Part shown: positions 52,447 to 61,123 of the stretch, in pieces | Numbering within the stretch: the first letter of the stretch is position 1 | Layout of the letters: each line of letters begins with the position of its first letter | DNA from: a bacterium | GTDB lineage: Bacteria > UBA8248 > JACPRG01 > G963555815 | DNA length: 64,000 nt | Reading direction: 5' to 3' | NCBI GenBank assembly: GCA_963555815.3 | Contig: CAUVWX020000001.1 | Coordinates: 704,001 to 768,000, forward strand | Position numbers and translations under genes: made by a program | Notes under the pieces: generated by a model | The model's input: the letters and a program-made list of their open reading frames with translations, nothing else | Told to the model about the DNA's origin: nothing | The model's database searches: none

Positions 52447-53300
52447 GAGCTGACTTCCTGGGGAGGACTGTGATGGGCGCTAGCCCCTTGAAAATTTTTA
52501 GCCTGACGGCCTCCCTCCTCCTCGGTCTTCTTTGGGGATCGGAGGTGTCGCTTGCGGGCCTCACCCCCGAGCAAGTCGAGCTGGTGCCCCTGACAGTCAG
52601 GGAACTGGTCCTGGACCCCCGCAGCAACCAGCCCGTCCTCCTTCTCCATGACGAGGACGGCGATCGAGTCCTTCCCGTGTGGATAGGGACCTCTGAGGCC
52701 AACGCCATTATGCTCGAGCTGAGGAACGTCACCACGCCTCGGCCCATGACTCATGACCTCATCAGGAACATCCTTGAGGGGGTGGACGCCGAGGTGGTCC
52801 GGGTCGTCATCCACGATGTCCGGCAGAGCACCTACCTCGGCCAGATCGTCCTTGAGGTGGAGGAGTCTGAGGTCATCGTGGACAGCCGCCCGAGCGACGC
52901 CATCGCCCTTGCTCTCCGCGTTAAGGCGCCCATCTTCGCCTCAACCAAGGTCCTCAACCGGGCCCAGCAGCTGGAGGAATTCCAGGCCATTCGAACGAAC
53001 GTCCTCGGGAAATATGGCTTGACCCTGCAGGAGCTGACGCCGGACTTGGCGAGCCACTTCAAGGGGGTGGAGCCGGGAGGCATCCTTGTGGCCGATGTGC
53101 GCACAAATAGCAGCGCCTCTCGGGATGGCCTGAGACGCGGGGACCTCATTCACCGCGTGAACGAAGCGCAGGTTGCCAGTGTGGAGGAATTTCTCCAGGC
53201 TCTAAGCGTGGCTCAAGAGACCGGGAGCGTAGAGTTCGCCTTCTCGCGGGACGACCGTCTCCACACCATTGCCATAACGGATGTGGCCGATCTCCAGTAG
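52443..53300 (+). CDS. bifunctional nuclease (DUF151) domain fused to PDZ domain
   Basis: LPVWIG..EANAI, RPMTHDL, DSRPSDAIALALR; then GLTLQELTP...GLRRGDLI..VN. Confidence 0.85.
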   Translation: MRADFLGRTVMGASPLKIFSLTASLLLGLLWGSEVSLAGLTPEQVELVPLTVRELVLDPRSNQPVLLLHDEDGDRVLPVWIGTSEANAIMLELRNVTTPRPMTHDLIRNILEGVDAEVVRVVIHDVRQSTYLGQIVLEVEESEVIVDSRPSDAIALALRVKAPIFASTKVLNRAQQLEEFQAIRTNVLGKYGLTLQELTPDLASHFKGVEPGGILVADVRTNSSASRDGLRRGDLIHRVNEAQVASVEEFLQALSVAQETGSVEFAFSRDDRLHTIAITDVADLQ

Positions 53301-53386
53301 CGGGATTTGCTTCGCCTAGAACAGGGTCGAGCTGACCCTGATTCTATTCGAGGAGTTTTTGGGGCCTTTGTCTCACCCTTGACGAT

Positions 53387-53866
53387 ATGCGCGTCCTTTT
53401 TGTCTGCACAGGGAATTTATGTCGAAGCCCTCTGGCTGAGGTCGCCCTGAAAAGGATCCTCCAGACGGCGGGGAAGAACGACGTTCAGGTCTCCTCGACA
53501 GGCGTCTGGGCCGGGAAGGGACTTCCTCCCCCTGAGGAGGCGATCCAGGTGGCCCAGGAGATGGAACTGGATCTCTCGACCCACCTCTCTCGCCCCATTT
53601 CAGAGGACCTTGTCAGATCGGCGGATTGGATTCTCGTCATGGCCCCCGAGCACGAAGAAGATCTCAGGGACCATTATCCGAACCTCGCGTGTCGCGTCGA
53701 GGGGCTTGCCGCCTACTTGGCCGAAGGGAAAATTTTGGCCATCCCCGATCCCTTGGGCTATCCCCTGAAGGTCTACCGGGCGTGCTATGACCAGATCGAG
53801 CGGGCCGTACGCGCCTTTTTTGAGCAGGAACTTGACGCCACGCCTGGCAAGGGCCAAAGGGCATAA
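53387..53866 (+). CDS. low-molecular-weight protein tyrosine/arginine phosphatase
   Basis: VCTGNLCRSP, IPDPLG. Confidence 0.93.
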   Translation: MRVLFVCTGNLCRSPLAEVALKRILQTAGKNDVQVSSTGVWAGKGLPPPEEAIQVAQEMELDLSTHLSRPISEDLVRSADWILVMAPEHEEDLRDHYPNLACRVEGLAAYLAEGKILAIPDPLGYPLKVYRACYDQIERAVRAFFEQELDATPGKGQRA

Positions 53867-53869
53867 AAA

Positions 53870-54793
53870 ATGCCTCTTCAGAGCGTGACGATCCGCGTCC
53901 CGGCCACGGCCGCAAACCTGGGGCCGGGTTTTGACAGCCTGGGGATTGCGCTGTGCCTCTACAACCATGTCACCCTCGAGGTTTCCCAGGCGGACTCCAT
54001 TGAGGTCAGCGGAGAGGGGGCCGGGAGCCTCCCTCGAGACAAGAGCAACATTGTGGCAAAGGCCGTGGCGGAAGTCTTTGGCCAGACGGGACGAGAGCGG
54101 CCAGCCCTCCATCTCAGGCTTGAGAACGAGATCCCGCTTGCCCGGGGCCTGGGGAGCAGCGCAGCGGCACGGGTCGGAGCCATCCTGGCCGCGCGTCACT
54201 TCCTTGAGGGACCCACCGACCCCCCCTCCCTCATTCCCCTGGCAGCCTCCCTGGAGGGGCACCCGGACAATGTGGCGCCCGCCCTCTTGGGGGGACTCAT
54301 CGTTGTGGCGGAGGGAAAAGAGGGGATCCATTGGAGCCAGGCCCCTCTCTCTCCTGCCGTTCGTTTTGTGGTCGCTGTCCCTGAATTTGAGGTCTCCACC
54401 CAAAAGGCCCGCCAGGCCCTTCCAGAGAGCGTCCCCTTTGAGGATGCTGTCTTCAATCTCCAGCGGACAGCGCTACTGGTGACGGCCCTGGGCCAAGGGC
54501 AAGGGGCTCTCATCGGCAGGGCCATGGAGGACCGCCTCCATCAACCCCACCGGGCCCATCTCATGGGGCCCCTCGAAGAGGTCTTTCGGGCGGCGAGGGA
54601 GGCCGGGGCCGCCGGGGTCGCCCTCAGCGGCGCGGGGCCGAGCGTCCTGGCACTTTCAACGGGCGGGGATGGCCCTCCAAAGACTATCGGGGAGGCCATG
54701 AGGGAGGTCTACAAGTCCCGTGGGATTAAGTGTCGAAGCCTCGTCCTCGATGTGGACCGCGAGGGGGCAAAGATTCTGGCGGAGGAGAAATGA
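53870..54793 (+). CDS. thrB: homoserine kinase
   Basis: VPATAANLGPGFD, IPLARGLGSSAA, EGHPDN, SGAGPS. Confidence 0.96.
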   Translation: MPLQSVTIRVPATAANLGPGFDSLGIALCLYNHVTLEVSQADSIEVSGEGAGSLPRDKSNIVAKAVAEVFGQTGRERPALHLRLENEIPLARGLGSSAAARVGAILAARHFLEGPTDPPSLIPLAASLEGHPDNVAPALLGGLIVVAEGKEGIHWSQAPLSPAVRFVVAVPEFEVSTQKARQALPESVPFEDAVFNLQRTALLVTALGQGQGALIGRAMEDRLHQPHRAHLMGPLEEVFRAAREAGAAGVALSGAGPSVLALSTGGDGPPKTIGEAMREVYKSRGIKCRSLVLDVDREGAKILAEEK

Positions 54794-55209
54794 GCGCAAG
54801 ATCTTTTGAGATCACAGTCTCGACCCGAGGCTTTGGCGAGCCCCATGACCTAACCGATGAGGTGGCCCGACGGCTCAAAGAGAGCGGGCTTCAGGCCGGG
54901 ACCGTCACCGTCTTCGTCCCGGGCTCGACTGCAGGGGTGACGACCATAGAGTATGAAGACGGCGCCCTGAAGGACCTCGAGGAGGCTTTTTGTCGGATGG
55001 CCCCCCAGGACATCCCCTACGCCCATGACGCCAGGTGGGGGGACGGGAACGGCTTCGCCCACGTCCGGGCGGCGCTCCTCGGCCCCTCCGTCGCCGTCCC
55101 CTTTCAGAATGGCTTTTTGCTCCTTGGCACCTGGCAGCAGATTGTCCTCCTCGACTTCGACAACCGGCCGAGAAGGCGGCGGGTCATCTTTCAAGTCGTA
55201 GGGGAATAA
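54790..55209 (+). CDS. yjbQ: YjbQ/UPF0047 family protein
   Basis: GSTAGVTTIEYE, DGNGFAHVRA, LGTWQQI, DFDNRPR. Confidence 0.92.
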   Translation: MSARSFEITVSTRGFGEPHDLTDEVARRLKESGLQAGTVTVFVPGSTAGVTTIEYEDGALKDLEEAFCRMAPQDIPYAHDARWGDGNGFAHVRAALLGPSVAVPFQNGFLLLGTWQQIVLLDFDNRPRRRRVIFQVVGE

Positions 55210-55247
55210 ACTAGCTTTTCTGAGGATCATCTTTTTTACAGAGCGTT

Positions 55248-55282
55248 AAAAAGCCCCGCCGAAGTTTCGGAGGGGTTTTTTT
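55248..55282. terminator. bidirectional intrinsic terminator
   Basis: A5-GCCCCGCCGAA/TTCGGAGGGGT-T6 between convergent genes. Confidence 0.75.
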
Positions 55283-55400
55283 CATGCAGAAACGCCCTGA
55301 AGTTTTCGTAACCTTCAGGGCGTCTGATATGGGGGCCCGGACCAGCGAGGGGGGCGAACTTCAAGAGGCCCCTGCCTCATCCGGTCCGGGTGGGGAGCCG

Positions 55401-55700
55401 TTAGCCTGAGAGACCCCGAGTAAGGGTCGCCATCTCCTTGGCGATGTTTCCCCGGAGACCTTGGAAAGTTTCGAAGGTTTTCTGGTTTCTCTCGTAGTCC
55501 GTTGGCACCGAGCCATACAGGGGGTGCCACAGGAGGGGCTTCTGGACTGAAGCTGTCTCGCTGGGGACGTAGTTCTCAGAGTCGATCGTGTTCACGGCGC
55601 CAGGGGTAGTGTGCCCCTTGAGGTCAACGGCGAGGGCCGGAGCCACGGACACCATGCTGATCGCGGCTGCCAGAGCAATACCAGTCAGAAAGCGCTTCAT
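55401..55700 (-). CDS. small secreted protein, paralog 1
   Basis: AAGGAGA RBS, signal peptide MKRFLTGIALAAAISMVSVAPALA, TIDSENYVP...PLLWHP motif. Confidence 0.85.
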   Translation of the reverse strand: MKRFLTGIALAAAISMVSVAPALAVDLKGHTTPGAVNTIDSENYVPSETASVQKPLLWHPLYGSVPTDYERNQKTFETFQGLRGNIAKEMATLTRGLSG

Positions 55701-55857
55701 TTCGAGTTCTCCTTTCGTGCCCCCTTCATGGGGGCGTTGGGTTTTTTTCCACCACCGGACGATTAACCTGATTTGGGGTCCTGGCCTTGGGTTCCCTTAA
55801 TGCCCCGGAGCGTTGGGTCGGCAGGGTTTTTATTCTCTGCTTTCCCTTTCATCCAGC

Positions 55858-55886
55858 TTAGACACGGGGGTGGGCAGAAGGGTTCA
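55858..55886 (-). promoter_or_regulatory. ECF-sigma-type promoter
   Basis: TGAACC-N17-GTCTAA. Confidence 0.65.
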
Positions 55887-56271
55887 GAAAAAGCGGAGGA
55901 AATTTTGCGGGATCCCTTGAAATGGTCCTAGAGGAGAGCTTTCCCGGAAAGGAAGATAACCCCACTCATGGGGGTTTCCCCCTGGGGGGATGGGTGTTAG
56001 GGGTTTCGGTCCTCAAAAGGGGGGGGCTATTTTACGGAGATTCGTCCTACTATGGGATTGAGTGACCTGCCGCTCAAGGCTAGGCGGGACACCAGGAAGG
56101 AGTACTCCCCCGCCTCGACAAAGCAGAGACTGGCTACCCCGCCCGGTATTACGTTAGTGGTGGCATAGATCCCCTTGTCACTTTGCTGGAAGAAAAGGGC
56201 GTGCTAACGAAGGCCGAGGTCTCAGCCAAAATCAAGGAGCTTAAGGAAACAAAGGCGAAGGGGAGTTAGTT

Positions 56272-56961
56272 ATGAGAGCGGCTCTTGTGATCGTTCTAAC
56301 GTCAATCCTATCGACCCTAACACCATTCCTTCCAGCTTGGGGCCAGTCTGAGAGTGAAACCTTCCCGTATGCGCACGATTTTATTTTAAGCCTTTCATAT
56401 GCGAAGGCCGGTTTAGATCACGAACATAACATTCAAAGGCCTACCTATTTGGAGCTTTTGAATACAACCAAGCTCGCAATAGCAGAGTACGAGAAAGCAG
56501 CTCGAACCCTCGAAGAATATACCCACAGCAATAATGAGGTAATTCAAGTGGGATCTGATGGAGCGTTATTAACCTACGTTCAGTTAATTGAAACTGATAG
56601 GGGAATTCTTGCTGAAATTCAGAATCTCTCTCGTTCTGAATCTCCTGCATTTGATTATGGTGCGTTCGTTGACAGCGTTTCCGATCTTATGGTTGAGCAG
56701 GAGCAAGCGTGGAAGAATCTTCTTCCCGCCGCCGTCTCTGTAACCTACGTGCTTAGAGAGAGTTTGGAGGAAGGCGAAGGACTTGATCGGCTAGGCATCA
56801 CAACCGAGGAGAGGGAAGAATTGATTCGCCTCATCGAAATGTCATTTGGTGAATCAGTGAAAGGGGGTCAGAAGGCAAGCCAGGAAGCAGTTGTGGGTGC
56901 GGCCGCTACGCTTTATGAATTTCTGTCACAACCAGGGTGGAAGGGATTAGACGAGGAATAA
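56272..56961 (+). CDS. secreted hypothetical protein (lower GC)
   Basis: GGGGAG RBS, signal peptide, helical acidic body; lies between the two cassette copies. Confidence 0.75.
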   Translation: MRAALVIVLTSILSTLTPFLPAWGQSESETFPYAHDFILSLSYAKAGLDHEHNIQRPTYLELLNTTKLAIAEYEKAARTLEEYTHSNNEVIQVGSDGALLTYVQLIETDRGILAEIQNLSRSESPAFDYGAFVDSVSDLMVEQEQAWKNLLPAAVSVTYVLRESLEEGEGLDRLGITTEEREELIRLIEMSFGESVKGGQKASQEAVVGAAATLYEFLSQPGWKGLDEE

Positions 56962-57330
56962 CCGCCAATTCGGACGCCTTGATCATCTCCTAAGAATCCC
57001 TGGCGTCTTATCAGGCCAGGGGGCAAGAAACGATGAAAGCGGCGTCAGGATGGAATGGAAAACCCTGTTGCCTTCTTCGCTAAATTCAAGGTGAAGCGAG
57101 AGGACGACCCAAAAGAACGAGTGATTGACGTTGAGGCTAACAGGGAGGACCCGGGGAGTTTTGTGAGGGGAGGGAAGATAGCCCCGCCGAAGTTTAGGGG
57201 GCCTTTTTTCATGCAGAAACGCCCTGAAGTTTTCGTAACCTTCAGGGCGTCTGATATGGGGGCCCGGACCGTAGGGGGGGGCAAGTTCTAATGGGCCCCA
57301 GCCTCATCCGGTCCGGGTGGGAGGCCGTTA

Positions 57331-57705
57331 TTAGCCTTCGGTACTCAGGATCTGAATTGCGGCGAGGTAATCGGCGAATCCGTGAAGGCCGCGGAACGCC
57401 TCGCCGATCTCCATGTCACGCCCCGAGATGGCACCAAAGCGGGGGTGCCAGAGGAGGGGCTGACGGACTGAAGCCGCCTCGCTGGGGACGTAGTTCTCAG
57501 AGTCGATCGTCCCCACGACGCCAAACCTGGTGTCCCACAGAGGGGCCTTTACTTCAGAAGAGGCCTTGGGGACGTAGTTCTCAGAGTCGATCGTGTTCAC
57601 GGCGCCAGGGGTAGTGTGCCCCTTGAGGTCAACGGCGAGGGCCGGAGCCACGGACACCATGCTGATCGCGGCTGCCAGAGCAATACCAGTCAGAAAGCGC
57701 TTCAT
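57331..57705 (-). CDS. small secreted protein, paralog 2 (two TIDSENYVP modules)
   Basis: First 46 codons identical to paralog 1; extra 28-aa module; divergent C-terminus. Confidence 0.85.
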   Translation of the reverse strand: MKRFLTGIALAAAISMVSVAPALAVDLKGHTTPGAVNTIDSENYVPKASSEVKAPLWDTRFGVVGTIDSENYVPSEAASVRQPLLWHPRFGAISGRDMEIGEAFRGLHGFADYLAAIQILSTEG

Positions 57706-57862
57706 TTCGAGTTCTCCTTTCGTGCCCCCTTCATGGGGGCGTTGGGTTTTTTTCCACCACCGGACGATTAACCTGATTTGGGGTCCTGGCCTTGGGTTCC
57801 CTTAATGCCCCGGAGCGTTGGGTCGGCAGGGTTTTTATTCTCTGCTTTCCCTTTCATCCAGC

Positions 57863-57891
57863 TTAGACACGGGGGTGGGCAGAAGGATTCA
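57863..57891 (-). promoter_or_regulatory. ECF-sigma-type promoter
   Basis: TGAATC-N17-GTCTAA. Confidence 0.65.
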
Positions 57892-57944
57892 GAAAAAGTG
57901 GAGAAATTCGGCGAAAGGCCTGAAATGGCCCGCGGGATGAAGAC

Positions 57945-59081
57945 CTAGGACTGGCGCTTTTCCGGAGCGGTGTCGGCCCTGGAGGGCTTGCTCCCCGTGC
58001 TTGCGCGGGCGGCCTCCAGGGGGAAGACGCGATACTCCGCCGAACAGGGGGGGCCATGGCTAAGGTGGAGGGTTCGCTCTGAGAGGTCCATCAGGAGGGA
58101 GCCGACCGATTCGAGCTGCTCGGCGGCGGGGAGATGGAGGTTCGGGTGGCGGCAGATGCTATGGGGGTGATTCATGTGGTCGCGAAAGAGGGCTTTCAGG
58201 GTCTTGAGATCAATCCGCCCGGGCATCTTTCCGCAGATCTCCCAAGCCCGTTGAGATCGGAGGGGGGAGTCCGGAAAGCGCTGGACGCCGACGTCTTGGT
58301 GAGAGAATTCGGGATGGACGAAGTGGTTGCAGTGGACGAGGAGACCTTCTCCCGGCTTCAGGACCCTCACGGCCTCGGGGTCGGCCTCTAGGTCTAAGGC
58401 CTCTCCCTTGGCGTGGGCCAGGAGGTAGTTCCCGGAGGAACAGCGTTGGGCTTCCTCGATGAGTCGCCTCGCTTCAGGCACGCTCTCGGCCCCATAGACG
58501 GCCCGCAGGAGGACGTGGGCCGGGACCCCCACCTGACCCCGGTCGAGGTCTGTCACCATGGCGTTGAAGCAAACTCCGAGGCCTGCGTCATTAAAGCCCG
58601 CCTTGGCCAGGAGACCGGCCTCGACAAAGGTGGCGAAGGCGGGCCTCCCCTCCGGCTCGGCAAAGAGAAGGACCGAGCTCTCCCGGGCCGTTGTCGTCCA
58701 GTCCCAGTTCTGGGCCAGGAGGGTGTGGCCGTCTCGGGTTGCAGCGGGGAGGACGGCGACCGCGGTGCAGCCTTGGAGGCACCCTGCCTTCAAGAGGATC
58801 TCGGTCCGAAGGTTCAGGGCCAGGACGGTCTCCAAAGAGACCCCACTCCCCTCGGCAATCCCCTCAAGTTCTTTCAGAATAGAGGGGTCAAAGGCCTCGA
58901 TGGTGGGCAGGAACTCTCGGGCGAGGCGGCTGGCCGACCGAAGGTCCATTCCGGCATAATGCCGGAAGGAACGCTCGCAGGCCCGAAGGGCAAGTTGGAT
59001 CTGGACCCTGGCCCCCTTGCCATACTGGCGCCCGAGTTCAAAAGGGCTTCCTGAGGCGGAAAGGATGGGAAAGAAGCTCAT
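57945..59081 (-). CDS. C45 family autoproteolytic acyltransferase/peptidase
   Basis: ELEGIAEG, LNLRTEI, GCT cleavage site, AQNWDW, GFNDAGLGVCFN, HCNHF, SICRH. Confidence 0.9.
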   Translation of the reverse strand: MSFFPILSASGSPFELGRQYGKGARVQIQLALRACERSFRHYAGMDLRSASRLAREFLPTIEAFDPSILKELEGIAEGSGVSLETVLALNLRTEILLKAGCLQGCTAVAVLPAATRDGHTLLAQNWDWTTTARESSVLLFAEPEGRPAFATFVEAGLLAKAGFNDAGLGVCFNAMVTDLDRGQVGVPAHVLLRAVYGAESVPEARRLIEEAQRCSSGNYLLAHAKGEALDLEADPEAVRVLKPGEGLLVHCNHFVHPEFSHQDVGVQRFPDSPLRSQRAWEICGKMPGRIDLKTLKALFRDHMNHPHSICRHPNLHLPAAEQLESVGSLLMDLSERTLHLSHGPPCSAEYRVFPLEAARASTGSKPSRADTAPEKRQS

Positions 59082-59235
59082 CGAAGAGATCCCTTGACCG
59101 AGGTGGCTGATCCGCCCCTAGTATATCACCGCCCCCGTGAAGGGGCCGAAGGGGCCTGAAGCCTTCAGGCTCTTCGACTGGAACAAGATGTGTTCATGGG
59201 ATTCCGTTTCTCGGCCGGCGTGGAGGAGTAAAAAG

Positions 59236-59655
59236 ATGGGCCAGGCATTGGTGGATTGGATCCACATCGGCTCCGTGGTCGTAGCAGCCGGGGGAGTCGC
59301 CTTTATCCGCTTCGTCCTCATGCCCGCGGCGAAGGACCTCAACCCCGATTCCGCCAAAACCCTGATGGCGACCGTCTCTCGCAGGTTCCAGGGCGTCCTC
59401 TGGACCGCTATCACGCTCCTGGCTCTGACTGGGGTCCACAAGGTCGTGAACGGCCGTCCGTTGGAGGGGGCCTACGGGGTGTTTCTCCTGACGAAGATCG
59501 TCCTTGCGGCCACCGTCTTCGCCATCGCCTTGGGCACCACCCTTCCCTACCGTTTCCTTGAAGGCATGCAGAAAAATCGCGCCCGTTGGATGATCATCAA
59601 CCTCATCCTCATCGCCGTTATCATCTACTTGGGCATGTGGGTGAAGCAGATCTGA
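59236..59655 (+). CDS. four-TM membrane protein (CopD/DUF4149-like)
   Basis: WIH..GG..F..FVL.P, YG..LLTKI.L; GGAGGAG RBS. Confidence 0.7.
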   Translation: MGQALVDWIHIGSVVVAAGGVAFIRFVLMPAAKDLNPDSAKTLMATVSRRFQGVLWTAITLLALTGVHKVVNGRPLEGAYGVFLLTKIVLAATVFAIALGTTLPYRFLEGMQKNRARWMIINLILIAVIIYLGMWVKQI

Positions 59656-59724
59656 GACAGCCCCATCAGGTCCGATACGAGCAAGTCCCCCAAGGGACCG
59701 GGCACTTAGGGTGTCAGGGCCTGG

Positions 59725-60972
59725 CTAGGGGGTCCCCGGCACCTGCTCCAGGGTGGGGGCGAAGGTGTGATCTTTTCCGGCGACGAGGATGATCTCCTCC
59801 TCGACAGGCAAATACTCTTGCGGTGGCCTCACCTGGATCACGCGGGTCCCAACAGGGAGAGAAAGTTTTTTGACACTGCAGTGTCTGTTGAGCTCGTTTC
59901 GGTCGATCACGATGCAAGTTCCACGGGGGAGCCGAAAGCGAACAGCGACCAACTCCCTTCGAGGCTGGGATTGCCTGGGGGCTGTTCCGGCCTTTGGGAT
60001 TTTGACCAGGGCCACCTGAATGGAGCGGATCTCCTCCGGTTCCAGGGAGACCTTGATTTTGAAATTCTTATGCCCAGGGGTCTCTATGACGATGCGATGG
60101 GCGCCGGGCAACAGCGAAAGCTCGCGGGGCCGGTCGTAGTAGATCTCCAAGCCCACTCGGACTTTGGCGCCCTCAGGCAGCGGTGGAAACGTCACGGTTG
60201 CTTTTCTTGGAACAGGTTGCCTCGTCCCAGGTGGAGCAGGAGATGAGGCGATATTAGTCCGAGCAGGTTCTTCTAGATCCTCCTTCAAAAGAGTGTCCGC
60301 ATGAAAGCTCCCGTCCCTCACAAATTCTCCGATCATATCGTTGAACGCCAACTGTAGGACTCTTCCATATTCGTCGTCTCGGGCAGAGAGTGCTCTGGAG
60401 GAGTAAGTCCCCCTGTACGTATTTTCCCAAATCACCCTTTTCATCTCTTGATCCACGAAGGCTAAATTGAGGGTAACCCTTCCCTTGAAATCGCCCTTGC
60501 CCGAGACCAGATCGACATCCACATCTACCTGAAATTCCTGGATATTTCCTTCAAGGGCCCACCTTGAGTTTCCGGAAGAGAATCCCTTTGTGCCCAGCAA
60601 TCGGACCATGGTGTCCTGCATGAGAGACTGCGGGTCCTGAGTCAAGACGACCGGGCCGACTGACACCTTTCCAACCTGTTTGATTCCCACGGTTGGGCTT
60701 TGAACACCTTTAAAGCCCTTGATTTCTAGGGGAACGCCGTCCCCCTCATCGGTTATCACGGAATCCGGGACCTGGGGCAACTCTATTTCGACGTAATTCG
60801 GGATGCGGCCCACGCCGTGGGCACAGGCGGAGACAATGACCGTCAGGAGAAGGAGGAGCCCCCCACGTGTCAGCGGATGACGCTTGGTTCGGGAGGAGAG
60901 AAGAGAGGAGCGCCTGGCGGTCTCACTCGCCACATCATCTTTTGGCAGGTGTTCTGCACTTTGGGGTTCCAT
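59725..60972 (-). CDS. lipoprotein (YajG-like N-terminal domain, PEGA-like C-terminal domains)
   Basis: Lipobox VSAC; LEGNIQEFQV...IWENTYRG; PEGAKV, LLPGAHRIVIETPGH; start uncertain. Confidence 0.6.
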   Translation of the reverse strand: MEPQSAEHLPKDDVASETARRSSLLSSRTKRHPLTRGGLLLLLTVIVSACAHGVGRIPNYVEIELPQVPDSVITDEGDGVPLEIKGFKGVQSPTVGIKQVGKVSVGPVVLTQDPQSLMQDTMVRLLGTKGFSSGNSRWALEGNIQEFQVDVDVDLVSGKGDFKGRVTLNLAFVDQEMKRVIWENTYRGTYSSRALSARDDEYGRVLQLAFNDMIGEFVRDGSFHADTLLKEDLEEPARTNIASSPAPPGTRQPVPRKATVTFPPLPEGAKVRVGLEIYYDRPRELSLLPGAHRIVIETPGHKNFKIKVSLEPEEIRSIQVALVKIPKAGTAPRQSQPRRELVAVRFRLPRGTCIVIDRNELNRHCSVKKLSLPVGTRVIQVRPPQEYLPVEEEIILVAGKDHTFAPTLEQVPGTP

Positions 60973-61123
60973 CTTTATCGTTCCTAAGGCTTGGGGTTTT
61001 TTGATGGCGCAACCCTCAACCCCCAAAGACGACGAGAAGAGAGAGGTTTCTCCCTTGTCGATGGTGCCTCCTACGAGACCAACGGGGCTCTTTTATCCAT
61101 ACGAAGGTCTGAAAGGCCCCTCT

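Larger units (their letters stand above)
55253..55890 (-). repeat. duplicated cassette copy 1 (copy 2 at 57181-57895)
   Basis: 55562-55881 identical to 57567-57886; 55277-55343 identical to 57204-57270; intervening coding part divergent. Confidence 0.95.
57181..57895 (-). repeat. duplicated cassette copy 2
   Basis: See copy 1; additionally contains an internal 84-bp-spaced duplication (57484-57510 = 57568-57594). Confidence 0.95.

Noticed and set aside
55701..55857. c-di-AMP (ydaO) riboswitch in the peptide leader
   Set aside because: Only short GGAACC and GGTTAATC resemblances; other conserved blocks are absent
56160..56270. Short ORF fragment IDPLVTLLEEKGVLTKAEV
   Set aside because: Protein-like, but no convincing start or RBS; left uncalled
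55563..57594. CRISPR array from the 27-bp repeat
   Set aside because: Only three copies, in-frame coding, irregular spacing, no cas genes
55401..57705. Diversity-generating retroelement TR/VR pair
   Set aside because: Differences are not adenine-specific, include indels, both copies are full genes, and no reverse transcriptase is present in the window
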